Part shown: piece by piece, positions 46,255 to 58,143 of the stretch
Position numbering within the stretch: the stretch's first letter is position 1
How the letters are laid out: each line of letters starts with the position of its first letter
Assembly: GCA_002269645.1 (NCBI GenBank)
Contig: NIVC01001403.1
Coordinates: 186,001 to 250,000, forward strand
Reading direction: 5' to 3'
Source: Macrostomum lignano
Taxonomy: Eukaryota
Length of the DNA stretch: 64,000 bases
Notes under the pieces: generated by a model
The model's input: only the letters and a program-made list of their open reading frames with translations
Told to the model about the DNA's origin: nothing
Databases searched by the model: none
Made by a program: the position numbers and the translations under genes

Positions 46255-46990
46255 TATGGAGAGGGAGCAGAGAGTGTGCATAGAGGGAGCGGAGAGTGTG
46301 CATAGAGGGAGCGGAGAGTGTGCATAGAGGGAGCGGAGAGTGTGCATAGAGGGAGCGGAGAGTGTGCATAGAGGGAGCGGAGAGTGTGCATAGAGGGAGC
46401 GGAGAGTGTGCATAGAGGGAGCGGAGAGGTAGCGGAGAGGGAGCTGAGAGGGAGAGGAGATAAAGCGGAGAGGGAGCGGAGAGGGAGCGGAGAGGTAGCG
46501 GAGAGGGAGCTGAGAGGGAGAGGAGATAAAGCGGAGAGGGAGCGGAGAGGGAGCGGAGAGGGAGCGGAGAGGGAGCGGAGAGGGAGCGGAGAGTGAGCGG
46601 AGAGGGAGCGAAGATGGAGTGGAGAGGGAGCGGAGAGGGAGCGGAGAGTGTGCATAGAGGGAGCGGAGAGGGAGCGGAGAGTGTGCATAGAGGGAGCGGA
46701 GAGGGAGCGGAGAGGGAGCGGAGAGGTAGCGGAGAGGGAGCTGAGAGGGAGAGGAGATAAAGCGGAGAGGGAGCGGAGAGGGAGCGGAGAGGGAATGGAG
46801 AGGGAGCGGAGATGGAGTGGAGAGGGAGCGGAGAGGGAGCGGAGAGGGAGCGAAGATGGAGTGGAGAGGGAGCGGAGAGGGAGCGGAGAGGGAGCGGAGA
46901 GTGAGCATAGAGGGAGCGGAGAGGGAGCGGAGAGGGAGCGGAGAGGTAGCGGAGAGGGAGCGGAGAGGGAGCGGAGAGGGAGCGGAGAGG
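46255..46990. repeat. 11/22-bp GA-rich minisatellite (gagagggagcg)
   Basis: Direct inspection. Confidence 0.92.
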
Positions 46991-47472
46991 GAATGTGTTT
47001 CTCGCAATAACTAAGGCACAAAAAGGCCAAATGGCCACAAAGTTGGTGAGAATTCCACCTGGAATTCATCTGGCCCCGCGGTGCGCGTGTATTGCTTCTA
47101 ACCAAAGTCATGCTTTCTTAACTTGTCATTCTCGACAAGGAAAGGACTAAAAGCCCTAGTAGTTGAGAGGCGCTGGGTCTGCAAGGCAGACCTGAGCTGG
47201 CTAAAATTAAATTTCCGATAGGCGTAACAAAATGTAAAACTGAAAAAGCAAAAAGCGGCCGCGTGCGTGTAAGACGCAGCGAGTTGAGTTGAGTTTGAGT
47301 CGCTATTCGTCTGCCCTATGGCTTAATAACTGCTAAACTGCTTCTACGAAAAAAGCAGAAGATTCGGCTTTCGGAGCATGTTCAATGATTTAAAGACCAC
47401 TGGATTGGATTGCTTTGACGATACGACAAAAGCAATTTTACCGAAGCCGAAGCGTTATTCAAAAGCATTTGT

Positions 47473-49413
47473 CTAGCTGGACGGCTTGACCTTGACCAGG
47501 CCGTAGTCCAGCACATCCTCGATGTCGTAGTCGTCCGACACGCACCGCGGCTGCTGCTGCTGCTGCTGCGGACGTTGAGTTGAAGAGGCGGAGCGCTTTC
47601 TGTTGCTCCGGTTGCTGCAGTTAAACTGCTGTCCTGGCGGACGGGTCACCTTCTGACTGCAGTGACCATCGTCAGCTCCAAAGTCCTCGGCGTACCATAG
47701 GTCCCAGTCCCAGTGCCAGTTGCGCCCGTCCTCAGCGTAGATCAGCATGTGGTGCTTGGCTGCTTTCCGTTCCTCCTGCTTGCGTTGGATGTCCTTGTCG
47801 TTGGCGAAGCAGCTGCCTTTGGCGGTGAAGTCGCAGTCGTACGGAAACAGCAACAGTTTGCGCAGGGTCTTGTACCGCTTGAACAGGTCGCTCTCTTCGT
47901 CCTTGATGTCGGCGTTCATTCTGGTATAGGACACCTTGTAGAAGTCCTGGCGCATCTTCTTCACGTGCTCGTAGATGTCCATGATGATGCGGGCGATATC
48001 GGGGACCTCAGCCTTGTGGTAGGCCTCGATCTTGTCCACAACCTTCTGGATGATGTTCTTGTCCCAGTAGTTGTCGTCGCCCCAGAACTGCTTCTTTGTG
48101 TGCGACACCAGCACCAGCAGCTTCTCCTCGCGGGCGCCGCCCTCCTTCTCGTTTTTGCCGAGCTGGCAAGAGAGCTCCTCGTCGCTCCAGGGAATGAAGT
48201 CGGTCAGCAGCACTATGAGGATGTAGAACCAGGACTCGATGTCCATCATGTAGTTGGCCGGCTCCAGGTTCAGCACGCCCACGGACATGTAACGCCTGCT
48301 GCCCATGGTGATGTCCGGCTTGTTCTCCGAGCAGATCCTTGACAGGCCGTAGTCCAACAGGTAGACAGTGTTGGTCATCTTGCCGATACCGAGACACAGG
48401 TTGTCCGGTTTCAAGTCCAGGTGAATCATGTTTTTCCGGTGCATGACTAGCAGGCGGCAGAGGAACTGGTCCATGAGCTTCAGAGTGGTCTGCACGCTGA
48501 AAAACATTCGATTGTCGTGAGAATGGTTCTCGGCAAAGAACTCCTTCCAGTCGTCCAGGTTAGGCCCGAGCAGCTCCATGGTGAAGTAGGTCTTGTCCGT
48601 AATGTCTTCCTCGCGTAGGCCGAAGATGTTGTGCTTCTCCAGGTAAGTCTCGCGGAAACTGCTCTGCACACCGTACGGGTCGTACACGATCACCTTGTTG
48701 AGATCCTTGGTGATTCTGCGACCGCCAATGTAGTCAAAGTCGATGGGCAGCGGGAAGCCGACCATGGAGTAGCGGCTGTCTGGATTGCTGAACAACTCCT
48801 GCAGCAGGAAGAACTCGCGCACCAGGTTGATCTTGCCGATCGAATTGTTCTCAATGTCGAACGGAGTCAGCGGCTCGAACTTGATGGCGACAAGGTCCAG
48901 ACAGCGCTCGTCTCTGTACGCGTCCAGCAGGGCAGTCTTGGATCGTTTCGTGGTTTTCCGCATCTTCTGCAGATACTTGACGTACTCGTCCGAGTACTTG
49001 GGGTTCTGCGCCGAACCCGTCGCCTGCGTCACTAAGCGGAACACGGAGCCGAAAGCGCCGGCGCCGATTAGGAAAAGCGACTGCAAGACGTACTTCTGCT
49101 TGAACTTGACGTCGGAGTAGACCGCCTGCAGAATCTCGTCCACGATCTCCTCCTGGGTGAGGCCGGTCTCGCCAACGTTGTGCAGCGCCATCAGGTTGCA
49201 GCCCTCGTAGTTAGGGTCTCCGGCCGCCAGTAAGGTGCTGATGTCGCGAATGCCGCGTCGGATAAAGTACAATCGGTCCAGTCGAATGTTACCCTGCGAG
49301 GAGCGGCTGCGCACCTGCCTTTCGCCGAAGCCATGCTGCTGCTGTTGATGCTGCTGCTGCTGATGCTGCTGCTGCTGCGCGCTGCTAACAGTTGATCCGG
49401 ATAGTTCAGGCAT
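47473..49413 (-). CDS. Divergent CK1/TTBK-like Ser/Thr kinase, paralog 1, single coding exon (646 aa)
   Basis: IGAGAFGSV, VAIKFE, MELLGPNL, HLDLKPDN, YLLDYGLSR, GSRRYMS, DIESWFY. MELLGPNL and KPDN are CK1-group hallmarks. Confidence 0.9.
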   Translation of the reverse strand: MPELSGSTVSSAQQQQHQQQQHQQQQHGFGERQVRSRSSQGNIRLDRLYFIRRGIRDISTLLAAGDPNYEGCNLMALHNVGETGLTQEEIVDEILQAVYSDVKFKQKYVLQSLFLIGAGAFGSVFRLVTQATGSAQNPKYSDEYVKYLQKMRKTTKRSKTALLDAYRDERCLDLVAIKFEPLTPFDIENNSIGKINLVREFFLLQELFSNPDSRYSMVGFPLPIDFDYIGGRRITKDLNKVIVYDPYGVQSSFRETYLEKHNIFGLREEDITDKTYFTMELLGPNLDDWKEFFAENHSHDNRMFFSVQTTLKLMDQFLCRLLVMHRKNMIHLDLKPDNLCLGIGKMTNTVYLLDYGLSRICSENKPDITMGSRRYMSVGVLNLEPANYMMDIESWFYILIVLLTDFIPWSDEELSCQLGKNEKEGGAREEKLLVLVSHTKKQFWGDDNYWDKNIIQKVVDKIEAYHKAEVPDIARIIMDIYEHVKKMRQDFYKVSYTRMNADIKDEESDLFKRYKTLRKLLLFPYDCDFTAKGSCFANDKDIQRKQEERKAAKHHMLIYAEDGRNWHWDWDLWYAEDFGADDGHCSQKVTRPPGQQFNCSNRSNRKRSASSTQRPQQQQQQPRCVSDDYDIEDVLDYGLVKVKPSS

Positions 49414-49686
49414 GGCCTCTTGTAGCGAGTCTGTCCTCTGAATAAAAATGACATCTAATTTTTATTCGCAAGTTCTCCACCCGCTTCGCCTTCTAGACTA
49501 GCCTGTAAGGCTGGCCATAGACGTTACTTGCGAATCTCCAAGTCCAGAGCGTTGGTTTATAAGAGGACCGACCAAGAGGACTGCCGCAAATTTAAAACGT
49601 ATCATAAATGAAAAGCTAAGAAACGAGAGAGTTTCTATAATAGGATGTCAAGATGATTCACGGCACTGCAGAAACAGCTAAAAAGT

Positions 49687-50540
49687 CAGTGACGTACGCA
49701 CAGGGGGCAGGGGCCGCCTCCCAATTCGTCTCCATGAAAATTTTGTCCCATTAAATAACCGAAAGAGCCAATCAAGTTCGAAGAATGACAGGAGCTCAAC
49801 TTTTGCCAGCTCTTGGACGTGGCCTTCACAGCCCCAAGAGACAGGGGTAGGGGCACCCATCAAGACATCAAGAGACAGCGGAACCCAAGAGACAGGGGCG
49901 CCATCAAAAAACATGGGCGCCCACCAAGAGACAGGGGCGCCATCAAAAAACATGGGCGCCCACCAAGAGACAGGGGCGCCCACCCAAGAGACAGGGGCGC
50001 CCACCCAAGAGACAGGGGCGCCCACCAAGAGACAGGGGCGCCCACCAAGAGACAGGGGCGCCCACCAAGAGACAGGGGGCGCCCAACAAGAGACAGGGGC
50101 GCCCACCAGGAGACAGGGGCGCTCACCAGGAGACAGGGGCGCCCACCAAGAGACAGGGGCGCCCACCAAGAGACAGGGGGCGCCCACCAAGAGACAGGGG
50201 GCGCCCACCAGGAGACAGGGGCGCCCACCAAGAGACAGGGGCGCCCACCAAGAGACAGGGGGCGCCCACCAAGAGACAGGGGCGCCCACCAAGAGACAGG
50301 GGCGCCCACCAAGAGACAGGGGCGCCCACCAAGAGACAGGGGCGCTCACCAAGAGACAGGGGCGCCCACCAAGAGACAGGGGCGCCCACCAAGAGACAGG
50401 GGCGCCCACCAAGAGACAGGGGCGCCCACCAAGAGACAGGGGGCGCCCACCAAGAGACAGGGGCGCCCACCAAGAGACAGGGGCGCTCACCAAGAGACAG
50501 GGGCGCCCACCAAGGGTTAAAACTTTGACGTACGTCACGG
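49687..50540. mobile_element. Putative TIR non-autonomous element carrying a 20-22-bp minisatellite (ggggcgcccaccaagagaca, 49825-50515)
   Basis: Ends CAGTGACGTACG and CGTACGTCACGG are inverted repeats (11/12). No convincing TSD. The repeat itself is certain. Confidence 0.55.
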
Positions 50541-50879
50541 CTAGAGAAAGTTTTTCAGAGCAAACTTTTTTCTTGCCCTCTGAATGCCATTGGTAAATTG
50601 TCCAAAAATTAAAAATGTGTTGAAATTTCTCGATTACAGAAGCAAGACCTTTTAGCTACGCAACTCTCGCGCCAGTATTTAAATTTATCATTGAGTTTTG
50701 TCCACTTGTATATTTTCTATTATAAACCTACTGGCTTTAACCTACACAGACCTACAGACCAGCTTTTCTAGCAATCTACAGCTGTCGCTTACAAAAATCT
50801 ACAGTAAAATAAACCTCAATACAAAAGTAATTATTTTGCTAGCTTTAAAAACGAAAGTTCCATGAAAGCAGGTCTGGTT

Positions 50880-53166
50880 TCAAGCTACCAGAACGCTGCT
50901 TGGTTCAGCCTGCAAGTGCATGGCGTCCTGAGAACCGTCCGTTTTTGTCCTGGCTTCCGTCGAATTCAAGCGCCCCATCACGCGAGCCAAGTAATGCTTC
51001 ATCCAGCTGGGAATGCCGCTCGATTGCGGTGGCGCAGAATCCTCTGTTGCATCATCATCGTCTGTGTCTGCAGCTTCGTCATTGTCGTCAAGGCGCTCGT
51101 CGGAGCCTCCTCCAGCGTGTTGGTTGGCATTTTGTACGGTGAAGATCGATTTTCGTGATAATCGTGGAGCTCTCAGAGCTTCTCTGGCATTGCCGGCCTG
51201 GAGGTCAAGGTGCTCCTCCGCAAACCATTCGTCCCAGTCCCAGTGCCAGTTGCGGCCGTTCTCAGCAAAGATGAGCTGCTGGTAGCGGCTGCTGCGCTTC
51301 TCCTGCTTTCTGAACAGGTCTTTGTCCTTGGCAAAGCAGCTGTCGCGCTGCGAGAAGTCGCAATCGTAGGGATAGAGCAACAGCTTGCGCAAGGTGTGGT
51401 ACCTATAGGTTAGCAACAAAAGTGTGTCAAAATAACGGCTTGATGTTTTTAGGCCTAATAGTAGAGCTAGTATGTGCTGTGAATCTATGCGGTGACGCCC
51501 ATAGGAGCAGAGCAACTCGGCGGTAAACGCGTTTGACTCTTGCGCCACGACCCCTGGTTCGATTCCGTGAGCGGCCACATTCCTTTGTCGGGACGATGTT
51601 GCCCAGGGTTGCCTACAGCCCTCCTGCGAATACTTACTTTTTCTAAACTGCCTCATACCTTTTAAACAAGTCGCTCTCCTCATTGCGAATGTCCGCGTGC
51701 ATCCGAGCCGAGGAGACGGGATAAAAATCCCGCCGCATCCGCCTGATGTGCGTGTAGATGTCACCGAGAATGACCCCGATGTCCGGCACGGCGGCTCTGT
51801 GATAGGACTCTGCCATCTCAATCACCCTCTGCAACAACTTCTTGTCCTGTACTCCTTCGTCGCCCCAAAATTGTTTCTTGAGCTGAGCAGTCTGGAAGAT
51901 GAGTTCGTCGCAGTTGGTCTGCTGTGAAATGCCATTAGCTTTGGCCAGCATTTCGTCACTCCAAGGCACATAGTCGGTGAGCAGCACTATGAGAACGTAA
52001 AACCAGGACTCGATGTCCATCATGAAGTTTGCCGGCCACAAGTTCAGCACTCCTACGGACATGTAGCGCCTGCTGCCCATGGTTATCGTGGGCTTCTCGT
52101 CCGAGCAGAACCTTGACAAGCCGTAGTCCAACAGGTAGACAGTGTTGGTCATCTTGCCAATGCCCATGCACAGATTGTCAGGCTTCAGGTCCAGGTGAAC
52201 AATGTTCTTCTGGTGCATGATGATCAGGCGGCAGAGGAACTGGTCCATGAGCTTCAGAGTGGTCTGCACGCTGAACACCAATTTGTTGTTTCTTCCGTGG
52301 CTGGCAGAGAAGAACACCTTCCACTCGTCCAAGTTGGGGCCAAGTAGCTCCATGGTCATGTAGGACAGATCGGTCACATCTCCCGGTGAGAGGTTCAAGA
52401 TGGTGCTGGTACCCATCAGAGCCTCGTGGTAGTTGTTCGGCCTGCCGTAAGTGTCGAAGATGAGAACCTTCTTGAGGTTCTTGGCGACTCGCTTGTTGCC
52501 AAGAAAGCCAAACTCGATTGGCATTGGAAAGCCGACCAGGGCATTCGTGCTGCAGCTGTTCCTGAACAGTTCAGTCAGGATGCAGAACTCCTTGACAAGT
52601 TGGATTTGATTTGCAGCCATGAAGCTGACGTTGTTTAGAGACAGAGCCTCGACCTTCATAGCGACGAGATCCAGACACAGACTGTCCCGGTACGCATCTA
52701 GCAGGACGGACTTCTTCCTGCTCTTGGTACGCCGCATCGTCTGCAGAAATCTCACGTATTGCTCGTCGTAGAGCGGATTTTCCAACTTGCCAGACGCGTT
52801 GCTCACAATGCGAAACACGCAGCCGTAGGAGCCCGAGCCAATCAGGAACAGCGACGAGTAATTATACTTGCGATTGAACTCCTTGTCCTCGTAGATGGTG
52901 CGCAAAATGGTGTCGAGCTGCTCCGACTCGAGATTTTCGAGCGCGTTGTGCGTCGCCGAGCATGACATCGACGCCAATTGCAGTTCGGCTGGCGACCTGC
53001 GGCGCCTCTGTCCCACGTGAATCGCCGCAGCTTCCGGTTGCTGCATGGCGGCAAACAGTTCCGGCTCGGTTGTCAGGCCCACTCTGCCGGTGTCGCTGGG
53101 CCGACTGACGTCCTCGAGGACGAAGATTCTCACGGCCGAGTTGTTGCTGTTGGCGCTGGCTTGCAT
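50880..53166 (-). CDS. Divergent CK1/TTBK-like kinase, paralog 2; exons 53166-51659 and 51402-50880 (~676 aa)
   Basis: Collinear with paralog 1 (IGSGSYG, VAMK, MELLGPNL, HLDLKPDN, DYGLSR). A 256-bp GT-AG phase-2 intron restores DLFKR-YHTLRKLLLYPYDCDF. First ATG at 53166; the ORF track starts at a TTG at 53202. Confidence 0.9.
51505..51580 (+). mobile_element. tRNA-derived SINE-like head inside the kinase-2 intron
   Basis: A-box-like AACTCGGCGGT and B-box GGTTCGATTCC (51556-51566); stems are too degenerate for a tRNA gene. Confidence 0.5.
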
Positions 53167-53664
53167 GGCTGCGGTTGAAAGCTCAAGCGAGACGAGTTTC
53201 AACGTAAGATTTCGAGCTTTTAATTAGTTTGTTTTTCAAATTTATCACGGGACATCATATTCAGAGTAACACTATTCATCTCAAGTGTTGGTTCTGACCA
53301 CAGATACTCGTAGCCTCCCTCTGCCAATGAAAGGCAATTTTAAGCGGAACTTGAACGCTTTAGGCTCAGCTGAGCGATTCTGAGTGTTATTCTCAAGTTT
53401 TAATTTTAGCCAGCGGTGTTCATTTGGTTACAAAACTTGATTATAGCAAATTTCTAATAGTTGTATGGGTCTGCTCGCAGTAAGCTATGAATCTGCTACA
53501 GATTACCGAAGGCAAAATACAGTTTCAACGTCCACGGAGATCTCCGATAATAGGTTCAGAGGAAAATAAAAGGGTAAAATAGTAAAGCTGTCAAGGAAAA
53601 ATAGGTTTCTACGGAACTTTGGTTCGTATAAACTCGATTTTGTCAGTCCCGTTCTGCCGTTCAA

Positions 53665-56600
53665 TCACCGAGCTCCTCTTTGATCGGGCGCTGGCGCTCT
53701 GGTAGCCGGCAGCAGGCCGAAGACCAAGTCCGACTTGAGCATGCGAAACTCGCTACTCGGGCAGGCGATCACTATGCGCTTGTTCGAGCCGCCGCCGCCG
53801 CCTCCGCAGCCGCCATAGCTGTCTCGATACCTGTACACACCGAAGCACAGAATGCCATGTCTGCCTAGCAGTCTCAGAAACATCTTTCCGAAGGTGTCGC
53901 AACCAACCGACAATCGTTCGTCCATGAGCATGCTCAGCTGAGTGATCCGGGAGGCGGGTAAAGCCTGAGAGGCGTCGGCTGTCGAGCCACCGTGGCAGTG
54001 CTGGGCCGCGCCGCCGGTCACCAGAGCCGTGATGAGGCGCATGGCGCTGGAGTTAAAGTACACCGTGGCCAGCAGTGAGTCCAGCACGCTGGCTGAGAAC
54101 GCGCTGCCGCAAGCGAACGCCTCGGTGTTGTGAATCTCTTCAATCGTGTCGTCATCGTCGTCGTCCTGATCCAGGTACTGAATATTCTTGTCGATGAGGA
54201 TCTCCGTAACTATGGGAGCTCCCAGTTCTTTAACAGTCTGGGGGACTGGCAGGCCCAGGGCTTGGTAATAGATTTCTGAGTTGCCGGGCAGTCCGATGGC
54301 TTTGATGTTCAGCGTGCACATGACAACTTCGCGGTCCACCAGGTACGGATCTACCTGATCGTCATCGGGTTCATAGCAGCGGCCTCCGCTGATCACGATA
54401 CACATGTCGCATTGATCAATGCCTGTCAAAGATTAGATATAAAATTGAAATTGGCTTTGATTTCAAATTTGACAATGACGATAGTCTCGCCTGCATGACT
54501 CAATTTAACTTACCGGCAGCTCGCAAGCTGGCCCGTCGCATCGGTGACTCGGCCACCGCGTAGACCTCCGGAAAGTTGCACAGCTCATCCCACTCCCGCT
54601 CCAGCTGGTTCAGGTCGCACACGACCACAATGGGAACTAGGTCCTGTCTGTGGTAGGCGCGAGACCGCAGCGGAGCCACGAAGCTGCACAGATCCAGGTG
54701 ACCTGTGGAATCCTCTCCGCCAGCAACGCACAGGACGTAGTGACCTTTGAATTCGGCCACTTTAGACCGGCCAGTCCGAACTGGTAGGAGGGCATCCGAC
54801 ATCAGACTTCTGTCCTCGCACCAGTGCGTGGATCCCGAAGCCGGGTCGTAGCTGCTCGGCTGTGCCGCTGTGGCTTCAACAACGGCATCTGTGGCCTGAA
54901 GGGAGCGAAACCGCTCCAAAGCGTCGCGCGCCGTCGCTTCGTCCAGTCCGAGCACCAGACGCATGTCGTCCTGCGTATCGGCCAGAAACAGTCCGCGACA
55001 CGGCTTCCCGGAGCTGGGAATTTCAAAGCCTTCAGCCGAACCCGATGGGTTCAACAGCAGCGCCGATGCAACGTTTCCGCTGTCGTCAGTGTCGGCCTCC
55101 GGCATGACCGCCAGAAGGATGACGCCCAGCTCGCTGTAGCAGACGGCCGCAGCCTCGGCGAAGGTCATGCCGGCGAAGGCCGGGCCGAAGCACTCCGAGT
55201 AGATTTCGTTCGACACGCCAACTAAGTAGTCGGCCTCCCAAGCGTCCAGGCTGGGTCCTGATGGCAGGGACCGCGTGGCGAACAGGTTGGCCATCAGCGT
55301 GGAGAAGCCCGGAGCGGCGCAGCTCTGCGCCAACAGGCCGAGACGCAGCTCGGCTGAGCAGACGCACTCGTCGCCTTTCTGCCAGTTCCAGTTGGGAATG
55401 CACTCCAGGTGTTCTTTGCTGTGGTATTGCAGCAGTTGGACGATGCAACGAACCGAAGGGGCAATGTTCTTCACCGAGACGGCGCGCATTGTGTTCTCGG
55501 CGTCTTCTTCGTCGGGCTGCTCCGAGTCCTGACGGGCCAAGATGATGGCGGCTTCGGCTGAGCTGAGGCGGGCTCGCCTGTTGAGGTGTTGAGGTGAAAA
55601 GGTGAGCGTTACAGGCACTTCGTTGTGCATTATCTCAGCGCAGCTCTTATTGCAAAACCTAATCTCATTGGAGGTAGGATCATTTTAAGTTACTATAATT
55701 TTAACCTAGCTCCAATGTAACCTAGCTCCAATGTAACCTAGCTCCATTGTAACCTAGCTTCATTGTAACCTAGCCATTGTAACCTAGCTCCATTGTAACC
55801 TATCTCCATTGTAACCTAGCTCATACAGTTTCTTTTTAGAGGAAATACTCCAGTAATTGTTAAAATTGATGAACTTGCGCCAAACGCTCTCACTTGCAAT
55901 CCGTCATGCTGAGGATGGTGCCCTCCAGGTACACCAGGTTCCGATGGTGTCGCTTCAGCAAGCTCTGAAAATCTGGGTCGGGTTTCTGCGGAAACAGGCA
56001 GACAACGATGATGCTGCTGGACAGTTTCCGATCGACATGCAGCAAGTTGGCCAGAAAAGTGTCCACGGACTGGGCGATGGGAGCGCCGCTCACCACGATG
56101 TGCTTGCTACCGTGCTCCGGTTTGTAAGGGCCTGCGTGCCGGCTGCGAGCCGTGATCATGCCCGCGATCTCTGGGGTGTACGACGCGAACACAGCCAGCG
56201 CCACCAGGATGTACAGGCTGATGAAGGCCCGGCCCCAGTCCGTCTCCGGGCTGATGTCTCCGAAGCCGACTGTGCTCATGGTGACGATAGTGAAGTACAA
56301 ACAGTCGCCGAAGGTGACGCCCTGTGATTGAGAGAGGATTGCGGGTAGTCTTTTCGTTTGCCTGCTTGTCATAACAAATTTTTTGATGCGATTAGATAAC
56401 TCCTACAGTTATACCCAAGGAAATAACCAGGGACTCCTAGAACTTTATCGACGGAAAATGAGACGGCAAGTCGTTAATGAGCTCTGCTCAAAGACCTTCT
56501 GAAATTTTATTGACTATCTGAGCTTTTCAGTTAAAGATTCTTTGCACAGTGCCTTTCTATGCTCTGAGCTGGTGTGAAATGTCCGTCATTTGAAAGACAG

Positions 56601-57731
56601 GAAGGTCGCAAGTCTGTAGTTCCGCTATTCAGACTCCCCAACTGCGTATGATGAGGTTAAACCTGATTTTCTCGCTGAGCAGCTTCAGAAGGCAACTCTG
56701 ACCTGAGGGAGCAGTGTAACCTGGCCTGGGTTAATAAAATTCTTGTCACAGTGCCTGCGTACAGTATTGGCGCTGGGGAATCAACGAAATGGGCAGAATT
56801 GCCTCAGCTCTGCTGCTGTGAGACAGCGTCATCTCAAGCATTGCGCCAGGATGTGCAAAACTTCCTTGGAGTAGCCAATTCATCTTTAACTCACGCTGGT
56901 CTTCCCGATGCCATTCAGACTGGCCGAATTCTCCAGCACGTGGGTCGCGCTGGCCCCTAGAAACCAAACGCAGACAAAGATGGTCAGAAGTTGCAACAGA
57001 CGGATGGCGGAGCCGCTGCGCAGCAGACCCAGCCGTTGCAGCACGTCCGGCAGGGAGGTGAGGTGCAGCACCCGGATGAACCGCAGGCCCAGCCAGTACT
57101 GCTCCAGCCACAGGCCCACGAAGGCTGGCGGCACAGTGCAATAGTCCACCAGCGACTGCACCTCCAGCCAGAAATGCAGCTTGTTCGGCGCGGCGAGAAA
57201 CCTCAGACAGAATCGCAGCAGGTAGACGCAGTTGAAGGCCAGGTCGATGATCATCAGCGGACTCCGCGACCAGGGGAAGCACCGTTCGACCCGGCCGGCC
57301 CAGACCACCGCCTCGTATGCGTAGAACGCGATGGACGTCATGCTCAGCGCGAAGTTGAGCATCAGAGCGACCCGGCCAGCGGCCGTGTGCGGACTGACCA
57401 GCCGGCCTGCCAGTTCGCGGATGGCCAAACTGCATCGCCGTCGCCTTGACGACTGCAGCGAATCGCCGTCAGCTTCAGCTGCGGCTGCCGGAGGCGCTGC
57501 CGATGCAAACACCCGGTGCTGAGTCGACCTGACGAGCCTGCGGTGGCGCAGCCAGCGTCTTATTGAAACCATCAGCTTCCAGGTGAGCAGGCAGGCCAAG
57601 CCGAAGATGAAGACAACAGCTGATGCGGCCAGGTGCAAATACCAGCGGTACACACCGCTGCAGCTGCCCTCGGCCTTTCTGTCAGCCACTGCACTTGGAG
57701 TCGAGCTACTTGACTCTCCGGTCGATGCCAT
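53665..57731 (-). CDS. slo: Divergent Slo/BK (KCNMA1-like) potassium channel; exons 57731-56895, 56321-55894, 55577-54514, 54422-53665 (1028 aa)
   Basis: S0 helix, S1-S6, S4 LGLRFIRVLH, pore TMSTVGFGD, RCK1 (HIVVSG, AEAAIILA, ENTMRAVSVKN, APGFSTLMANLF), RCK2, Ca bowl QYLDQDDDDDD, FACGSAFSASVLDSLL. Intron phases 0,2,1 give one open frame. Confidence 0.95.
55700..55825. repeat. 16-bp repeat tgtaacctagctccat in a Slo intron
   Basis: About 8 copies. Confidence 0.9.
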
Positions 57732-57939
57732 TTTTTTCAGCTGCTTTAGAAATGCTCAGCGATCAAGGACTCTATATTTATTTTGCAGAGAGATTTGAGC
57801 AGCCTAAAGACTCAAACCGAAATCCTCCTAACGTTCCCAAAAAATCCCATTGCTTACCTTTTCATCGCGCACACAATGCAATCTAAGGCCATATAGCCTC
57901 TCCTCATCCACCCATCCAATGAAATTCTGCGCACACGTC

Positions 57940-57941
<2 letters not shown>

Positions 57942-57980
<39 letters not shown>

Positions 57981-58049
57981 GGAGAGAATGAGCGAAAGAG
58001 ACTCTCATTTCCTGCTGGTATTGAAGGCACAATCCGCCCTAGGAGTCGC

Positions 58050-58140
<91 letters not shown>
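57942..58140. repeat. Two (GA)n microsatellites
   Basis: At 57942-57977 and 58052-58140. Confidence 0.97.

Positions 58141-58143
<3 letters not shown>

Noticed and set aside
46217-47111. Pro/Leu/Ser-rich ORFs
   Set aside because: Artefacts of the 11/22-bp repeat.
49678-50596. Multiple 200-290-aa ORFs
   Set aside because: Artefacts of the GC-rich minisatellite.
51505-51580. Functional tRNA gene (CTT anticodon position)
   Set aside because: Acceptor and anticodon stems do not pair; treated as a SINE-like relic.
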